Both the position numbers and the translations under genes were made by a program. A stretch of 63,862 bases of DNA, filler included, from Octopus bimaculoides (Eukaryota): NCBI RefSeq assembly GCF_001194135.2. It is 3 parts of 3 records of this genome, joined end to end, with 100 filler letters (N's around TTAATTAATTAA, not from the genome) between each part and the next. Parts side by side here need not be neighbours in the genome. Positions count along the whole stretch, not along the records: positions 1 to 22,187 come from NC_068990.1; 2 more parts are not named here. One strand, given 5' to 3'. The notes beneath the pieces were generated by a model. The model ran no database searches. It was not told where the DNA came from and saw only the letters and a list, made by a program, of their open reading frames with translations. Each line of letters opens with the position of its first letter. Within the stretch, counting starts at the first letter, position 1. Below are positions 1-13,060 of the stretch, piece by piece.

Positions 1-57
<57 letters not shown>

Positions 58-100
58 ATGTATGTATGTATGTATGTATAATGTGCGTGCGTGTGTGTGT
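1..100. repeat. (TA)n/(TATG)n/(TG)n microsatellite
   Basis: Direct reading. Confidence 0.98.
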
Positions 101-141
101 GTTAAGACTTCTGTTTTCAACCATTAGTTTCTCTTTTACAG

Positions 142-209
142 TAATCGATACGAAGGAAGGAGAAATTGTAACCGGCCGTAAATATCGCTTAGTTCAAAAT
201 CGAGATTAA
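142..209 (+). CDS. Candidate terminal coding exon of an unidentified gene lying left of the window (xIDTKEGEIVTGRKYRLVQNRD-stop)
   Basis: Pyrimidine-rich acceptor tttctcttttacag at 128-141, protein-like phase-1 frame to TAA, AATAAA at 451-456 and 582-587. No family recognised. Confidence 0.35.
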
Positions 210-679
210 TAGATATGATATTTATATTTTACATGTTCACGATTTTCGATTATTGATGAGTTCACTTTTTCATGCTATTTTGTTATATGTGTGTATACGT
301 ATATAAAACTGAGGTTATCATTTGCGAAGGATATCATTATAAGAATGGTAAGAATTACAATACGCATGCGTGTGTGCGTGAGTGTATTTGTGTACGCGTG
401 CGTGTGTTTGCATGCGGCATGTTTGTATATATGAACAACGTACATTAGAGAATAAATGTCAGATAGCAATCTTCAGTTCTAAGGATGTAACAATTGTTTT
501 CATTTTAAAATGATAGGAGTTTATAGTCGAAGTTGTGTGCTGTTATGGACATTGAAATCATAACGGATAGTGATGTAGATGAATAAAGATCATGAAAAAT
601 CAATAATATGCCTATTGATTTGTTCATTTTTACCTAAAAGGCAGGGATATTTTTCAGGAAAATAGACTTTTCTACTTAC

Positions 680-768
680 TGTGGAAATTTTGTCTGTCTC
701 AGGTCTTCTTTAAATAGGTGAAATTTTAGTTCCGTCATTTTTAACTGCTCTTTAAAGATTAAACAGAT
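680..768 (-). CDS. Candidate downstream exon (ICLIFKEQLKMTELKFHLFKEDLRQTKFP)
   Basis: tttctcatag acceptor, open phase-0 frame compatible with the 6238 donor; CA|gtaagt donor or read-through to a TAA stop. Confidence 0.25.
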
Positions 769-2507
769 CTATGAGAAATTCCGCGCACGTAGTAAAGAGA
801 ACAATGTACACACATGAGATCGATGTCGAAGTACTTTTAATTTCTAAAGCACCAGGTGTTTTTATTCACCTCTTCCTTGAAACAATAGTTTTCCAAAATA
901 TTTTAAAGATTTTTTAATCAAAGATTAGATAACTGAAAAATTAGCGAAATTATATGTTTAATCTGTTTCACTGTTTCATTCATCTACATGTCTACGTTTT
1001 TATGTTTCGACTCATGAAGTCATGTGACATCATCATTATCGTCCACGCTAAGAAAATATCAGCTGTCTTTTCTTAAAGCTTAAAATATTTTTTTTTTATT
1101 AAGGGTAACGTCCGGGTACTGTTTCCTGTATCTATTTGATCTTGCGATGGAGTCGAGATTTCTGACTTCACAGAATCTTAAAACTTAACTCAAGGAAATT
1201 TCTCTCCTCGATGCTCGGCATTACTCGACAATAAACTATTAACAATGGAATCTATAAAAGCCTGCACAGCGGATGCTATTAGCAAAGATTTTATGAACAT
1301 ACTGAGAGCTATTTAGTTGATAAGAATTTAATAAAGCCAATTTCTTGAAAATTACTTAGATTTTAATTGTTGATAAATACAGCCAAATTCCAACCATCTC
1401 CAAATAGTTATAAAATACTGAGTTAGTAACATAGAATATATACCTATTTGATACTCTCTGATGTGCGATCTTTTACACTGCTCCTTACATTATTGTTATA
1501 GCACATTAATATAGTGTAGCTTCAACGAAAGAACACTACATATAGAAAACATATTCTTAAACGCCCAAATTATAAATCATGAGATTATACGCTACAATCC
1601 TCTGCATCATATAAATGTTCATCGGATGATGTAAACATTTGCCTGAATATATAAATGTTTCCCAAGAGACCAAAACAACTTCCAATATGTTGGTGAACTT
1701 TCATAATAGCATTGATTGTACAACCGTTTATTGTTTTTATTATTAACAGCTGCTAATGATGTAACGTTGAACAATATGGAATGAATTTTCCCTGAATTAG
1801 AAAAATGCAATTATGTGAAGTCATGAATCTCAGATCGAAAAACTTTTATTAAGGTAACAACAGTTGCACCAAAGACTTGCGAACAAACTGCGTTTTCCTT
1901 TTGTTCACATATTCAACTGTTCGAATACCTAATTGCCCAAGAATATATTTCTCTCAAGCATTAGATTATCGAGCAGATGCCTCTCTTGAAGATAATAAGG
2001 GTACTACAAGTTACATTGAGATAATTGTTAATCTTTTAATAAAAAGATTCTTGCAACAATCGCAGCTCTGAGAGATATTTTACAACCTCACACAGAATGT
2101 GTTAGAATTTTCAGCTAGATCTGACCAATATAAAACTCGAGTATTTTTATATTAATGTTTCCAAAAGTTATGATTTATATCTCTTGGAGATGTATAACAT
2201 TGTTTCAAACACTTATGAATAAATGATTGGAGTTAGTCAATTCATGTAGGCATTTCTGTTGCTTACTGTTAAGAAATATGAAACAACAAACTGATTAGCT
2301 AACTTTTTTCCACATTATGGATTTGCTTTGCTTTACACTCAATGATGATACTATATTTTTAAAATTTCTATTTATAGTTCAACAATGCGATTATTCTAAT
2401 TACACTTTTTTACATGTTATATCACACCATTTAGCACACGAAGAGAAAATATTACACATATAACATGTTTCACAACCAATATACTTTTTCAATATATCGA
2501 AGCAATA

Positions 2508-2719
2508 AGGTGGCTGGCTGGCAGAATCGTTAGCATGCCGGGAAAAATGCTTAGCGGCATTTGGTCAGTCTATACGCTCTGAGTTCAAATTCCGCCTATG
2601 TTGACGCTGTCTTCCATCCTTTCGGGATCGATTAAATGAGTACCAGTAGAACACTGGGGTCGATGCAATCATCTTACCTATCACCTGAAATTATTAGCCT
2701 TGTGCTAAAATTTGAAGCC
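2508..2719 (+). mobile_element. tRNA-headed SINE family A, with TSD
   Basis: A box TGGCAGAATCGTTAG, B box GAGTTCAAATTCC; 17-bp TSD AATATAT(C/T)GAAGCAATA. Confidence 0.9.
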
Positions 2720-3502
2720 AATATATTGAAGCAATAATTTGAGAGAGAGGATAAGAATCTCACTATCACAACACTCCAGCATGGCCTCTCTCTGATGTTT
2801 CTAAGCATTAAATTATTTATGTTCATGGTAATTAAACAGTAGAAATGAAGCAACGAAGGAATCCGTACGTGGTCAGGAAGACCTATTAAATATAGTATGC
2901 AAACGAGCTTTCTTAAGAAAGAAAATGTAGGAAACATTGAATGGTATAGTCTCAGGTTTACGCAAGTAAGTATGAGGACTGGTCTGATCTCTGAAAGCTG
3001 ACCTGAGGCTTCAAGATAACAACATATGCATGTCATGTACATTGGATTAGTTCCTTTCTTAATCTATACCAGATTAATCCAGTCTTGCACATGGTAAACT
3101 AAAAGGAATGAACCTATATTACATCCTGCCACTTTTTTTCTGCGGGAGGATAGAATAAGTGCGGATGCTAGATACCATCCCTACTGGACTTAAAGAGCGC
3201 ACTATTGTTCAATCAGACAGAATGAGAGAGAAATATGTGGGTTTTGGTTTTCAACTGATACCTAAGTCTGTAGTTCAGCTTAGTCTGTGCGAAGGTGCTT
3301 CACTGTGGACCTAAAACAAAAGATTTTATTGAAACTAAAGAAAATATTTCTTCCATCGTCGTCCTATAAAAATATGTTATATTCATGCGATTGTCATTTT
3401 TGTGAATGTATCTACAAACACACATATACTCTTCCATATATATTTATATATGTACATATATAAAGACACACACACATACACATGCACTCACAAACACACG
3501 TG

Positions 3503-3611
3503 TAGGTGCAGGTGTGGCAGTGTGGTAAGGATCTTACTTCCGAATCACACGGTTCCAGGTTCAGTCCACTGCGTGGCACCTTGCACAAGTATCTTCGACT
3601 ATAGTCTTGGT
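3503..3611 (+). mobile_element. SINE family B, 3'-truncated
   Basis: ggtgcaggtgtggcagtgtggtaagg..aagtatcttcgactatag. Confidence 0.75.
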
Positions 3612-3819
3612 GTGCAAATTAGGGACTCATTCATAGAGTAACAAGCTGCATTTGTTGAGTATATAAACAGTTTAGCTTCTTGTACTGGAGACTGTCAGAA
3701 TGATGCAGATACCTCAGAAGAGAACGAAATAAGATTCGAAAATCGATTACAGTTGTTGTTCTTTTTTTCAGTCTGCGGAGAAATGGCTAAAATTTCCCTC
3801 AAAATTTCGGGCCACTTCC

Positions 3820-4760
3820 AGCATCATCATCATCACCACCACCACCACGATCATCATCTTCAACATGATCGTCGTCATCGTTATAATCGTCATCAGTTCG
3901 ACAGTCTTGAAGAATCGTTAGACTCGGCAAATATATTTGCGGATTTTGTTTTGACTCTTAACGTGTTAAACCTGAATAAATCCTGTCGAGCGAGTCTTTG
4001 TCTCCCATCCTTCCGGGTCGAGAGAAGAAAGTATCGGTTATATTTTGGGAGCAATCGTTAAATCTCCAAATTGTTGTACTTGTATGTAAATCAGAAACCC
4101 TTATTATTTCGCTGCTACTGCTGCTGTTGTTGCTGTTGTTGTCGCTGCTGCTGCTGTTGTTGTTGTTAGTATTGGGTGAGATGTTTCTGCAGTTGCACTC
4201 TGGGCGTCCATGTCCTTTTGTAGAGATTCTTTCTCTTTATTTTCTTCTTTTCTATTGTTGTCATTTGTTGTTGTTTATTTATTTATGGATGTCTTTTTTT
4301 TTTGTTGTTTCGCACGTTTACTTGGTGTAATCATCCTTCTGCTTGTTCTTGCTTGCTGTTTCCTTTGGGATTTTGTCTGGGCATTAACCCCCAACATCTT
4401 GGGATAATAAAAGAAATAATCGTCATCATCATCATAATTGTGTCGTCGTCATCATCATCATCATCATCATCAAAATTATTGTTGTTTAAGCTACTGATGA
4501 CATTAACCATGAAGTTGACGGTGGCGACGATATCTTCGATAATGTTTTTGAAAAGTTTACGATGATGATGATGATGATTATAAAGAACGTGCTCATGATG
4601 ATGATGTAGATAAGGGTCATGAGGACGATGATGATGATGATGGCAACGACAAAGGAGTATTATTAAGTAAACTGACTGAAACAAACTGATATAAAATGGA
4701 ATGATAATAGGGAAGAAGACATCGTTGAAGATGACGACGATGATGATGATGTGAAGCAGA
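3820..4760. repeat. Interspersed (CAT)/(GAT)/(GCT)/(GTT) trinucleotide low-complexity region
   Basis: Direct reading; source of spurious poly-H/L/D ORFs. Confidence 0.9.
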
Positions 4761-6237
4761 AGGGGAAGATAAGCTGGAAGTGGATAGGAACAATAGAGAT
4801 ATATCAATAAATATGATCTCCCCGACCCCCCACAAAAGATGATATCAACCCAAATAAATTAAACTAGATTAAAACTGAAATTGGATGAAATATTAGAAAA
4901 AGAAAAGAGACATTAAAAAAAGAAGAAATGAAAAATAAAAGAACGAAGATTAGAAAAAATTTTTAAAAAAAAGAAGTATCTAACTCGCCTTCCACTAAAT
5001 ATAAGTCCTAAAAATATATCAACCTCAATCAAATGAAGAATTTTGAGATTGAAAGATTTCGGCAGCTAAATTCATCTTCTGTCTTTGACAAAGATAATTA
5101 TGTAATCACCGTGGAGTTCTTTATCAGATTTCAATTGAAATATTTTTTCAATTTCCTGCAATGATTTCGATTATTTTCAATTTGATTTCAGACTGTAACC
5201 AGCATTGTCTATTTGTCAGTGCACATTTGTATATGTGCGTATGTGTGCATATAATTACACATACACGCGCGCGCGCACACACATATCAGCAAAAATATAT
5301 ATGCATATAAATAATACTTATCTATCATTATGTATACAAGCATGTGTATACATAAATGTATACATATGCACATATGTGTATGTATGTATANNNNNNNNNN
5401 NNNNNNNNNNNNNNNNNNNNNNATATATATATATATATATAAATGTATGTATGTACGTATGTACTTTCTACCTAGCTAGATATGTGTGTGGCCAAACACA
5501 TAAATGTAGTTTTTGTATATACATATGTGGATCCGTCTCTCTATATATATCCACTTATTTATCTATGCATGATTATCTATAACTAAATTTAAATATATGC
5601 ATGTATATAAAAATGCATACATACAAACATAGTCATACATACACTCATATATACATACTGACTCATTTGTAGAGATACACGATTACACACGTATAAATCT
5701 ATTGCAAAAATATATAAATTAGCATATACACACACACATACGCACACTCACACATATATGTACACATGCACGCATCTATGTACACACGAACGTATGCTTG
5801 CTCTCACTCACATATATGTAATTCAATACACTTGTACGTTGTGTGTGCTTGATGGTACTTATGGAGATATATAAGTTAAAAAATGTTTCGAATATTATTA
5901 GAATTTAGCATCGTGATTTTATCCATTTAATAAGATTCTATCAAAATATAATATATATTTGAATAATGAATATCTGCGAGATAAAGAAAAATTTCAATTG
6001 GTAGTGAATAAGGCAAATCAAAGAAATTTGTTCATACAATAATATGTCTTCCAATAAGTAAGTACAGAGATAAAATTATATTTTGAATTTCAAAATAATA
6101 TATACATACAGATAGGGATACAAATAGTCTCACTCACATTACAGAGACGGTGAGACAGACAGAAATATACATATACACACAAAAGACACAGAAAATACAA
6201 ATCTCTACTCGGTGTCCCTGAGATAAAAGGTATATAC

Positions 6238-6363
6238 CTGGTCAGTCGATTTGCTAGAAATAGCAGACAAAGTATCAGCCTGCATCTGACATAAAGCGGG
6301 ATTCTTTGGAAAATCTTGTTCTAGAAGGTTTGGTTCAGTATATGCTGGAATTCTTTGGGCCAT
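6238..6363 (-). CDS. Candidate first coding exon of an unidentified gene (MAQRIPAYTEPNLLEQDFPKNPALCQMQADTLSAISSKSTDQ)
   Basis: Acceptor ccgttccgatccag at 6371, ATG in strong context (ACTATGG), 42 open codons, CAG|gtatat donor; non-repetitive island between microsatellites. Confidence 0.4.
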
Positions 6364-6466
6364 AGTTATGCTGGATCGGAACGGACAGCGGGTGTGCGTG
6401 TGTGTGGGTGTATGTGTGTATGTGCGTGCGTGTGTATATGTGTGTATATATAAATTATATATATAT

Positions 6467-6548
<82 letters not shown>

Positions 6549-7614
6549 GCCTCAGTCGGTCATAGTTGACTACGTTTCTATTCATATATGGTCAGGCTTG
6601 GGCAAGACTTTTTGAAGGAAATCAGCAGTTGTCCATGCAAGGTAAGTTTTCCCTCTATTCACAAGTTATCTTTATTTTTCTCACATTATTTTGTCAGAAG
6701 GAAAGGCTTCTTACATGTCCGATAAGCTTGCTACAAATATCGTTGCAGGCTTCATCATCATCATCAGGCACATACTTAGAGCTGATCCATTCGTATCCTA
6801 ATCATTTTTGCTACCGTCACTTACTTTTTCACAAATTCATAGGGTGAGAGTACTTACCTCCCTCTCCTCCATTTTCTATTCAAGTAGAACTTTAAAATAT
6901 CAATGAGGGTTTAACCGAAGAGGTAAGTTCTTTTGCTCAATCCTTTTTTGGTTCATCTCACCACCTCTTTTGCCGTAGCCACTAGACATACGAACATCGT
7001 TTGATCTGCCGTGTTAAGTGTGGGATGTGGAGCCATCATCACAATGGAATAGGCCGATACCCGGATTCGTCCTATTCGCAACAACTGCTGTTCGGCATAT
7101 TTCCGCACTGGTAGAACATTACACGCATCCGTGCAGCATATTTTCGCTGCTCTGTAAGGATCTTGGGTAGTCCCACCTGGCAGCAGTTTCATACCTGTTG
7201 GGTGTATCTCGGACAGGCTATGTTTCCAAGTTATCTATGGTAGTTCCTTGCCTGAGAACCCTCTCAAACGAACAGTCGTGTCTCATCGACGCCTAGAATT
7301 TCCCCGAAAAACGTCATCGCTGTTACTCGCTACTAAATATCTAAATATCTATACGTTAGTATAACTTCAACGGTTGCATTGCCTGCTGAAGACAGTGAGC
7401 GCTTGTCGACATTAGTGGCGCTTCTTTTCTTAATTGGGCACAAATACTCTAAGAAATACCAAAAATACGAAACTTTCCCTGGAAGTTACAAAGAAAAAAA
7501 TAGATAAAGGAGATTGCGAAAAAAAAAAAGTTTTACAAATGGAGGAAGTAAAGCCTGGTGTACAATAGTCAAAAGTCATATTAAGAACTTTAAAGTCCTT
7601 ATGCATACACACAC

Positions 7615-7658
<44 letters not shown>

Positions 7659-8014
7659 ATGCACACACATACATATGCATATGCATACACACGTACATTC
7701 ATAAATACTCGCGTACAGATGCATATTTACATAAATATACCTACACAAACATACTCACACACATTCGTTCATGTACATCAACACATGCATACACATGCAT
7801 GGAAGACACATATTATGCACAGAAACATAAAATACAAAAATCACACAATAGTTAATAAGATATATTTTAATGATATAATGTACGTAAGATGTTCTGAGAA
7901 AGTTCCAAACTGCCAATCGGAATCACAACTATGAAGCCAAGTATCATTGGAGAGCGATGCGCTGATAATCAAAACTGAAGATCACCTCTTCAGAACGAAT
8001 TTGAACTGAAAATC

Positions 8015-8232
8015 TGTTGTGTGGACGCCCCCAGACGATAAGTAGGCTAGTCCAATACATATAAATAGTGAACGTGATAGCTAGTCGTAGAAGCATCGAG
8101 TGGAGCGAGCCAGGGCCGTGAGTGGACTAGACGTCGAGTTCTGTTGAGTCGAGTCGTCAGAAGTGAGAGTTCGGGAGTTGAGTAGAGGTACGTTATTGGC
8201 GAAGGCACGCCATACGAACGTGCGATATAACA
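8015..8232 (+). mobile_element. Solo LTR (218 bp) of an LTR retrotransposon
   Basis: TGTT..AACA termini, perfect 5-bp TSD AAATC (8010-8014, 8233-8237), CCAAT at 8052 and TATAAATA at 8060; GC-richer than flanks. Confidence 0.85.
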
Positions 8233-8254
8233 AAATCTGATAACAAAAAATATA

Positions 8255-8745
8255 TATTTATTTTTCTTGTATTGTCTGTGTATGTATTTATGTACGAATG
8301 CATGTATGTATTATGTATGTATGTGTGTACGTACGCATGTGTGTGTATGTATGTATGTATTGTGTAAGTAGGTATGTACATACTTACGTATGTATGTACG
8401 TATGTATGTGTGTACGTACGTATGTATGTATGTGTGTACGTATGTATGTATGCATGTACGTATGTACGTACGTACGTACGTATGTATGTACTTACGCATG
8501 TATGTATGCAGGTGTGTACGTAAGTATGTATGTACGTATGTGTGTACGTACCTATGTACGTATGTGTGTACGTATGCATGTATGTACGTACGTTTGTATG
8601 TATGTGTATGTGTCTGTATTTATGTATGTATAAATTATGCATGTATGCATGTCTGTATGTAGGCATGCATGTATCTGTGAACGTATAGATGTATGAGCGT
8701 ATGTATGCATGTGTGTGTAAGTGTGTGCTTGTATTTACGTATATG
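8255..8745. repeat. Compound (TATG)/(TACG) microsatellite, about 490 bp
   Basis: Direct reading. Confidence 0.95.
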
Positions 8746-9477
8746 TAACTATATTTGTACAGGGTTTTTTTTTTTATATCGTTGAGATGCGTAAGGTAGC
8801 GAAGTCGGCATCAGCATTATTTGTTTTCATAATTATCCCATAGGTCTAGGAGTATTAAAAGCATTTCTGAAAATGTAATTTTACCAAGTTAATTCATATT
8901 AGGTTTAGAAATACATTATTTATATACTGACATATTTAAATTTAATCTAAATATAATTGGGATGGGATGGAATGTTTATTGTCTAGAACCCATGTCAAAG
9001 AGATGGGATTGATAAATGTCTTTAACTGTTGACTTTGTCATGGTGTCTGTGAATATCCATCATCCACCAGGCGATGAATTCAGAGAGATGGTGGCAAAGT
9101 AAAGAGGCAGAAATTAAGATTGAAATGGGAAATAATGGAAATTAATTACTTTAGACAAGATAATTAAAATATATTTAATGAAGGCGTGTAAATGCTGAAT
9201 GGAATCTAGACATGAAATTATTAAGGGTCTCCGTCTTTATTTGATAAGTTGAAATCTTAAATATTAATATTCGTAAGAAATTGTCAATGGGATTACTGAG
9301 GTATCAGCATTCTTATTGAGTCCTTTAAAAAATATTGTTGAACCAAGTTAAAAGAAAATTTAATCATTAACTGAAGATTTACAATTTTGATTAACTGTCA
9401 GGAACATTTAATTCGCTTGTAATTTAAATTTCACCAAGTAAAATGAACGATGATTATCTGAACTAAGTATGGTTCTT

Positions 9478-9641
9478 TTTAATTTAGACACAAGGCCAGC
9501 AATTTTGCAAGGAGTAGGGAGTTGATTACATCCACCCCAGTACTCAACTGGTACTTATTTTTACGACCCTGGCGTCATTTGAACACAGAAATGAAAAAAA
9601 AAATGGAAGAAATGTAGCTAAGCATTTTGTCCGGCGCCAGT
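9478..9641 (-). mobile_element. SINE family A (decayed)
   Basis: cacaaggccagcaattttg..gctaagcattttgtccgg. Confidence 0.75.
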
Positions 9642-9824
9642 TCACTATTTCTTTCACGTGAATATATTAATGGATACTTATTAATTTTCCATATTTTGTC
9701 TTCTTTAATGTTACAGCAGCAACACTGACTGTTCTCACCATAATTTACTCAAGAAATAGTCTACCTAGCTATAGACTAAACTGCCATCAATGGTTTCTGT
9801 AGATTTTACGTGTTTTTTTTTTAT

Positions 9825-9988
9825 AGGTGCAGGAGTGAGTGTGTGGTAAGTAGCTTGCTCACCAACCACATGGTTCCGGATTCAGTCGCACTGCGTGGCA
9901 ACTTCGGCAAGTGTCTTCTGCTATAGCCTCGGGCCGACCAAAGCCTTGTGAGTGGATTTGGTAGGCGGAAACTGAAAGAAGCCTGTCA
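9825..9988 (+). mobile_element. SINE family B head and middle
   Basis: ggtgcaggagtgagtgtgtggtaagtagc..gaaagaagcc, ending in (TA)n. Confidence 0.88.
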
Positions 9989-10689
9989 TATATATGCATA
10001 TATATATATATATGTGTGTATATATATATGTGTATATATATGTGTGTGTGTGTGTGTGCGTATGTATAAATATATATATATAAACAGTAAGGGCTTCCAG
10101 AAACTCGCACACATGCACGCACACATACACACATACACACACACACACACACATACACACACTCAACATTCCTCAGATGCCCTGAACAAATTCATTTGTA
10201 CAACTTTAAATTTCTTCTTATATTTCAAATTCTGAGATTCAATTAAGAATCCCTCCTATCTCGAAGCTTTTAGTACCCTTCTTGCCTCAAAAATACCACA
10301 TGTCACTCCATTTCTGTCACAGTCGTGATCAGCCAGCAGGTCGCAGGCAAGACTCGAGTGGATAATCGTTTTCTAATAAAAGAAACGTAACTGTCCACTC
10401 GACCCAATGTACTGAGTCTTATAATACTTGTATATATATGTATNNNNNNNNNNNNNNNNNNNNNNNNNNNNNNNNNNNNNNNNNNNNNNNNNNNNNNNNN
10501 NNNNNNNNNNNNNNNNNNNNNNNNNNNNNNNNNNNNNNNNNNNNNNNNNNNNNNNNNNNNNNNNNNNNNNNNNNNNNNNNNNNNNNNNNNNNNNNNNNNN
10601 NNNNNNNNNNNNNNNNNNNNNNNNNATATATATATATATATATACAGATGTTTGTGTATGTGCGTGTGTATGTGCATGTTTGTGCATGG

Positions 10690-11290
10690 TGTGTAGGCGT
10701 GATAAACTCATAAAAGTAGCAATCATAGAAAGTACTCTAGTTATAATAAAGAAAGACTACTCAAAAATCTGGTACCATCCATGCTGGAAGATTTGTTATA
10801 GAAATATTAACAACTCTAATTAGCCAAAAATAATTCAAAAGAATTAATGTTCTAATCAATCTATACGACAAAGGTTTAACTGATAAAATGCGACTGAATA
10901 ACCAAAGTTAAATACGTTTTATAGATTGTCAAAAATCCACAGATTATATACAATAACAGCTTCATCTACTTCTTTCAATGTTCTTCATACAAATGACTTA
11001 ACACTAAAACCGATAGTGGCAGATTCATCTGAATTTCATCGATTGAGTAATTTGTTTTAGATATACTACTGAAATCATATTTCAACCACACAAGACTACT
11101 TGGATATGTTAAATCAAAGTCTATGTATAGCGAATGAAAACACGTTAATAATTTCATTTGATGAAGCTGCATAGCATTCAAACCCGTATGATATAAAGCC
11201 CTTTGAAACATGCAATGGGGTATTTTTGAGCAATTTGATTTGATTAAGGTGTTCAGGAAAAATTTAATGAATTACAATACGAAAGGAGTA
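10690..11290 (+). pseudogene. Decayed Penelope-like reverse transcriptase remnant
   Basis: PKLNTFYRLSKIH and LKPIVADS..HRLSNL resemble PLE FYGLPKIHK and LRPIVAG..HRLS; many stops. Confidence 0.55.
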
Positions 11291-11526
11291 GTGCGTTTTC
11301 TTACTTTTGTTATTTTGTTTATATCTCATAGCAAGTGGGAAATACTTATAACTTTATACATATATGCTTACATAAAGACATGTATACATGCATACATACA
11401 TGCAGACATGCGTGTATACACGCGTACATAATACACACATACATACATTTCTCTGCTGAAGTGGTGGCACTGCGATGTTTTTGAAGTAGCATTACAATGG
11501 TAGTACTGTTGTGCAGTCGGAGTGAT

Positions 11527-11616
11527 GTGCTGTAGCTGTGCTGTAGCTGTGTTGTAGCTGTGCTGTAGCTGTGTTGTAGCTGTGCTGTAGCTGTGTTGTA
11601 GCTGTGCTGTAGCTGT
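11527..11616. repeat. 11-bp minisatellite TGTAGCTGTG(C/T), about 8 units
   Basis: Direct reading. Confidence 0.92.
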
Positions 11617-11689
11617 GACGGTAGTATTGTAGTTGTATTGTAGTTATGGCGGCTTAGTGTAAGAAATAGAATGCTCAGAGATGATAGTA

Positions 11690-12635
11690 ACATTGATTAC
11701 CAAAGCAGTTTATCATGGACCAACAACCGGATCACTGTCTCCCACTTTGAATGGTATACATTTGCAATCCAGGAACAGGAAATATCAACCAAATACCTGA
11801 TGTACAAAAGGGACAGAGATATAAGAAAAGCAAAACAAAATGTGACAACCAATGCAGACTTCGTGGAGTTAACACCAACATATCACGCACATCACAAGCA
11901 GTTGTCCGAAAATGTCATTACGTTATCTACCGATGAGACATGATGTTATAGCTAGGACACTGTATAACGAGATTCGTCGGAAGGATAACACCGAACACGA
12001 CAAAATGAGAACCCACGGTATAGTGGAAGCCATAGCCACTCATAAAAGGGATAATGGTGGAATGGCGCAGTCAAAATCTCAATAAAATGTAAACACAATA
12101 GACCTGACATAACAGTTTGTGATAGAAAGGAGAAACCGTGTACAGTTGTGGAAATCAGCTGCTCAGCATATGTTAGCATAAAGCTAAAGATCAGCGATAA
12201 AGAAAATACCTAAGCTGAACTATTGAGAAATCTGCAGTTACTCTATGTAGATTACAAGTTCAGATTTATACCTGTAATTATTAGGGTACTGGGATATGTA
12301 ACACACTGCCCAACTGCCAATCTTGAGAAATTAGGCTTCTCAAAACTAGAAAGGAGAAAGCTGATTCGAAGACTTTAGATTCAAATCACTGGAACTGTAA
12401 AAATCTGTAAAAATTTCCAGAATTTTATCATTCAAGTATATATGAGTAGGTCTAGATATGCAAGTATATGTACGAGAAGATATACATATAACAAACGATA
12501 CAAACTTGCACATATATATACATACTAAGATACCCTGTTGTTGTTGAACTTCCAGTGAAGGAGCCTTGGATCTAAGTTGGAAACCGGTTTTTCACTATTG
12601 GCAAGAAATCTTGAAATAAAATTGAATAACGAAAT
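11690..12635 (+). mobile_element. 5'-truncated, decayed R4/Dong-like non-LTR retrotransposon (CCHC + restriction-like endonuclease + 3' UTR)
   Basis: CRL..HHKQLS, PDITVCDRKEKPCTVVEISC, YKFRFIPVII.VLG; 3' UTR block gaaggagccttggatcta shared with 17490-18215. Confidence 0.85.
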
Positions 12636-12729
12636 ACATACATACATCTCTTAGCTGCTTTCTCGTACACATACATCTCTTAGCTGATTTCTAGCAAAGC
12701 CATCGCTATAAAGAATTATTGAAATGAGT

Positions 12730-13060
12730 CAATGGTGATGCAATGTGAGGCCCTTGCTTGACTCTTGAGCCCGGTGAAAGTTTTGCATATTGTATTTCAT
12801 AACGCACTGCTGTGCTGGCTGGTAGGAGAAACAGGTTCCACAGAATGAACTCTTTTCAGTCCTCCAACTGAGAGGCACACCTTTCCACATGCTGCACATG
12901 TTGTGTTGTGAACAATAGCCTTATCACAATTTACCACGGGTCGATTGCTGTGAAACTCTGATGGCTGACCAGGTCTGCACAACTCAAGCACATCCTCCCA
13001 CAAAGCAGACACACAAAAAGCAACAATCCCTCATTCTCCGTAGATTCATTCATTCTAAGA
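12730..13060 (-). pseudogene. Decayed LINE (RTE-like) C-terminus with C2H2-like zinc fingers
   Basis: FVCLLCGRMCLSCADLVSHQ and TCAACGKVCLSVGGLKR in shifted frames resemble the RTE terminal F.C..CGR.C.S..GL.SH motif. Confidence 0.5.

Noticed and set aside
1250-2330. Possible decayed DNA-transposon or Helitron coding remnant
   Set aside because: No motif clear enough to assign a family by eye; a profile search would be needed.
2508-2600. tRNA gene (also other A/B-box matches)
   Set aside because: SINE heads: multi-copy, followed by common bodies and TSDs, and no complete cloverleaf.
2850-3330. Plus-strand donor at about 2966 and minus-strand acceptor at about 3312
   Set aside because: In-frame stops next to the sites in all usable frames; such motifs are expected by chance in AT-rich DNA.
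3753-4835. ORFs with poly-His/Leu/Asp/Ser runs
   Set aside because: They are translations of trinucleotide microsatellites, with no splice or domain support.
6597-6930. Plus-strand exons ending at GTAAGT donors near 6641 and 6922
   Set aside because: Weak acceptors; the second candidate has stops in all three frames; no recognisable product.
8193-8666. 157-aa and overlapping MYVC/TYIH-rich ORFs (likewise 54501-54802, 21087-21713, 62533-62969)
   Set aside because: Simple repeats lacking stop codons, or read-through of N gaps.
12730-13060. Member of the cephalopod C2H2 zinc-finger gene expansion
   Set aside because: Fingers are in different frames, lack TGEKP linkers and match the terminal finger pattern of RTE-type LINEs.
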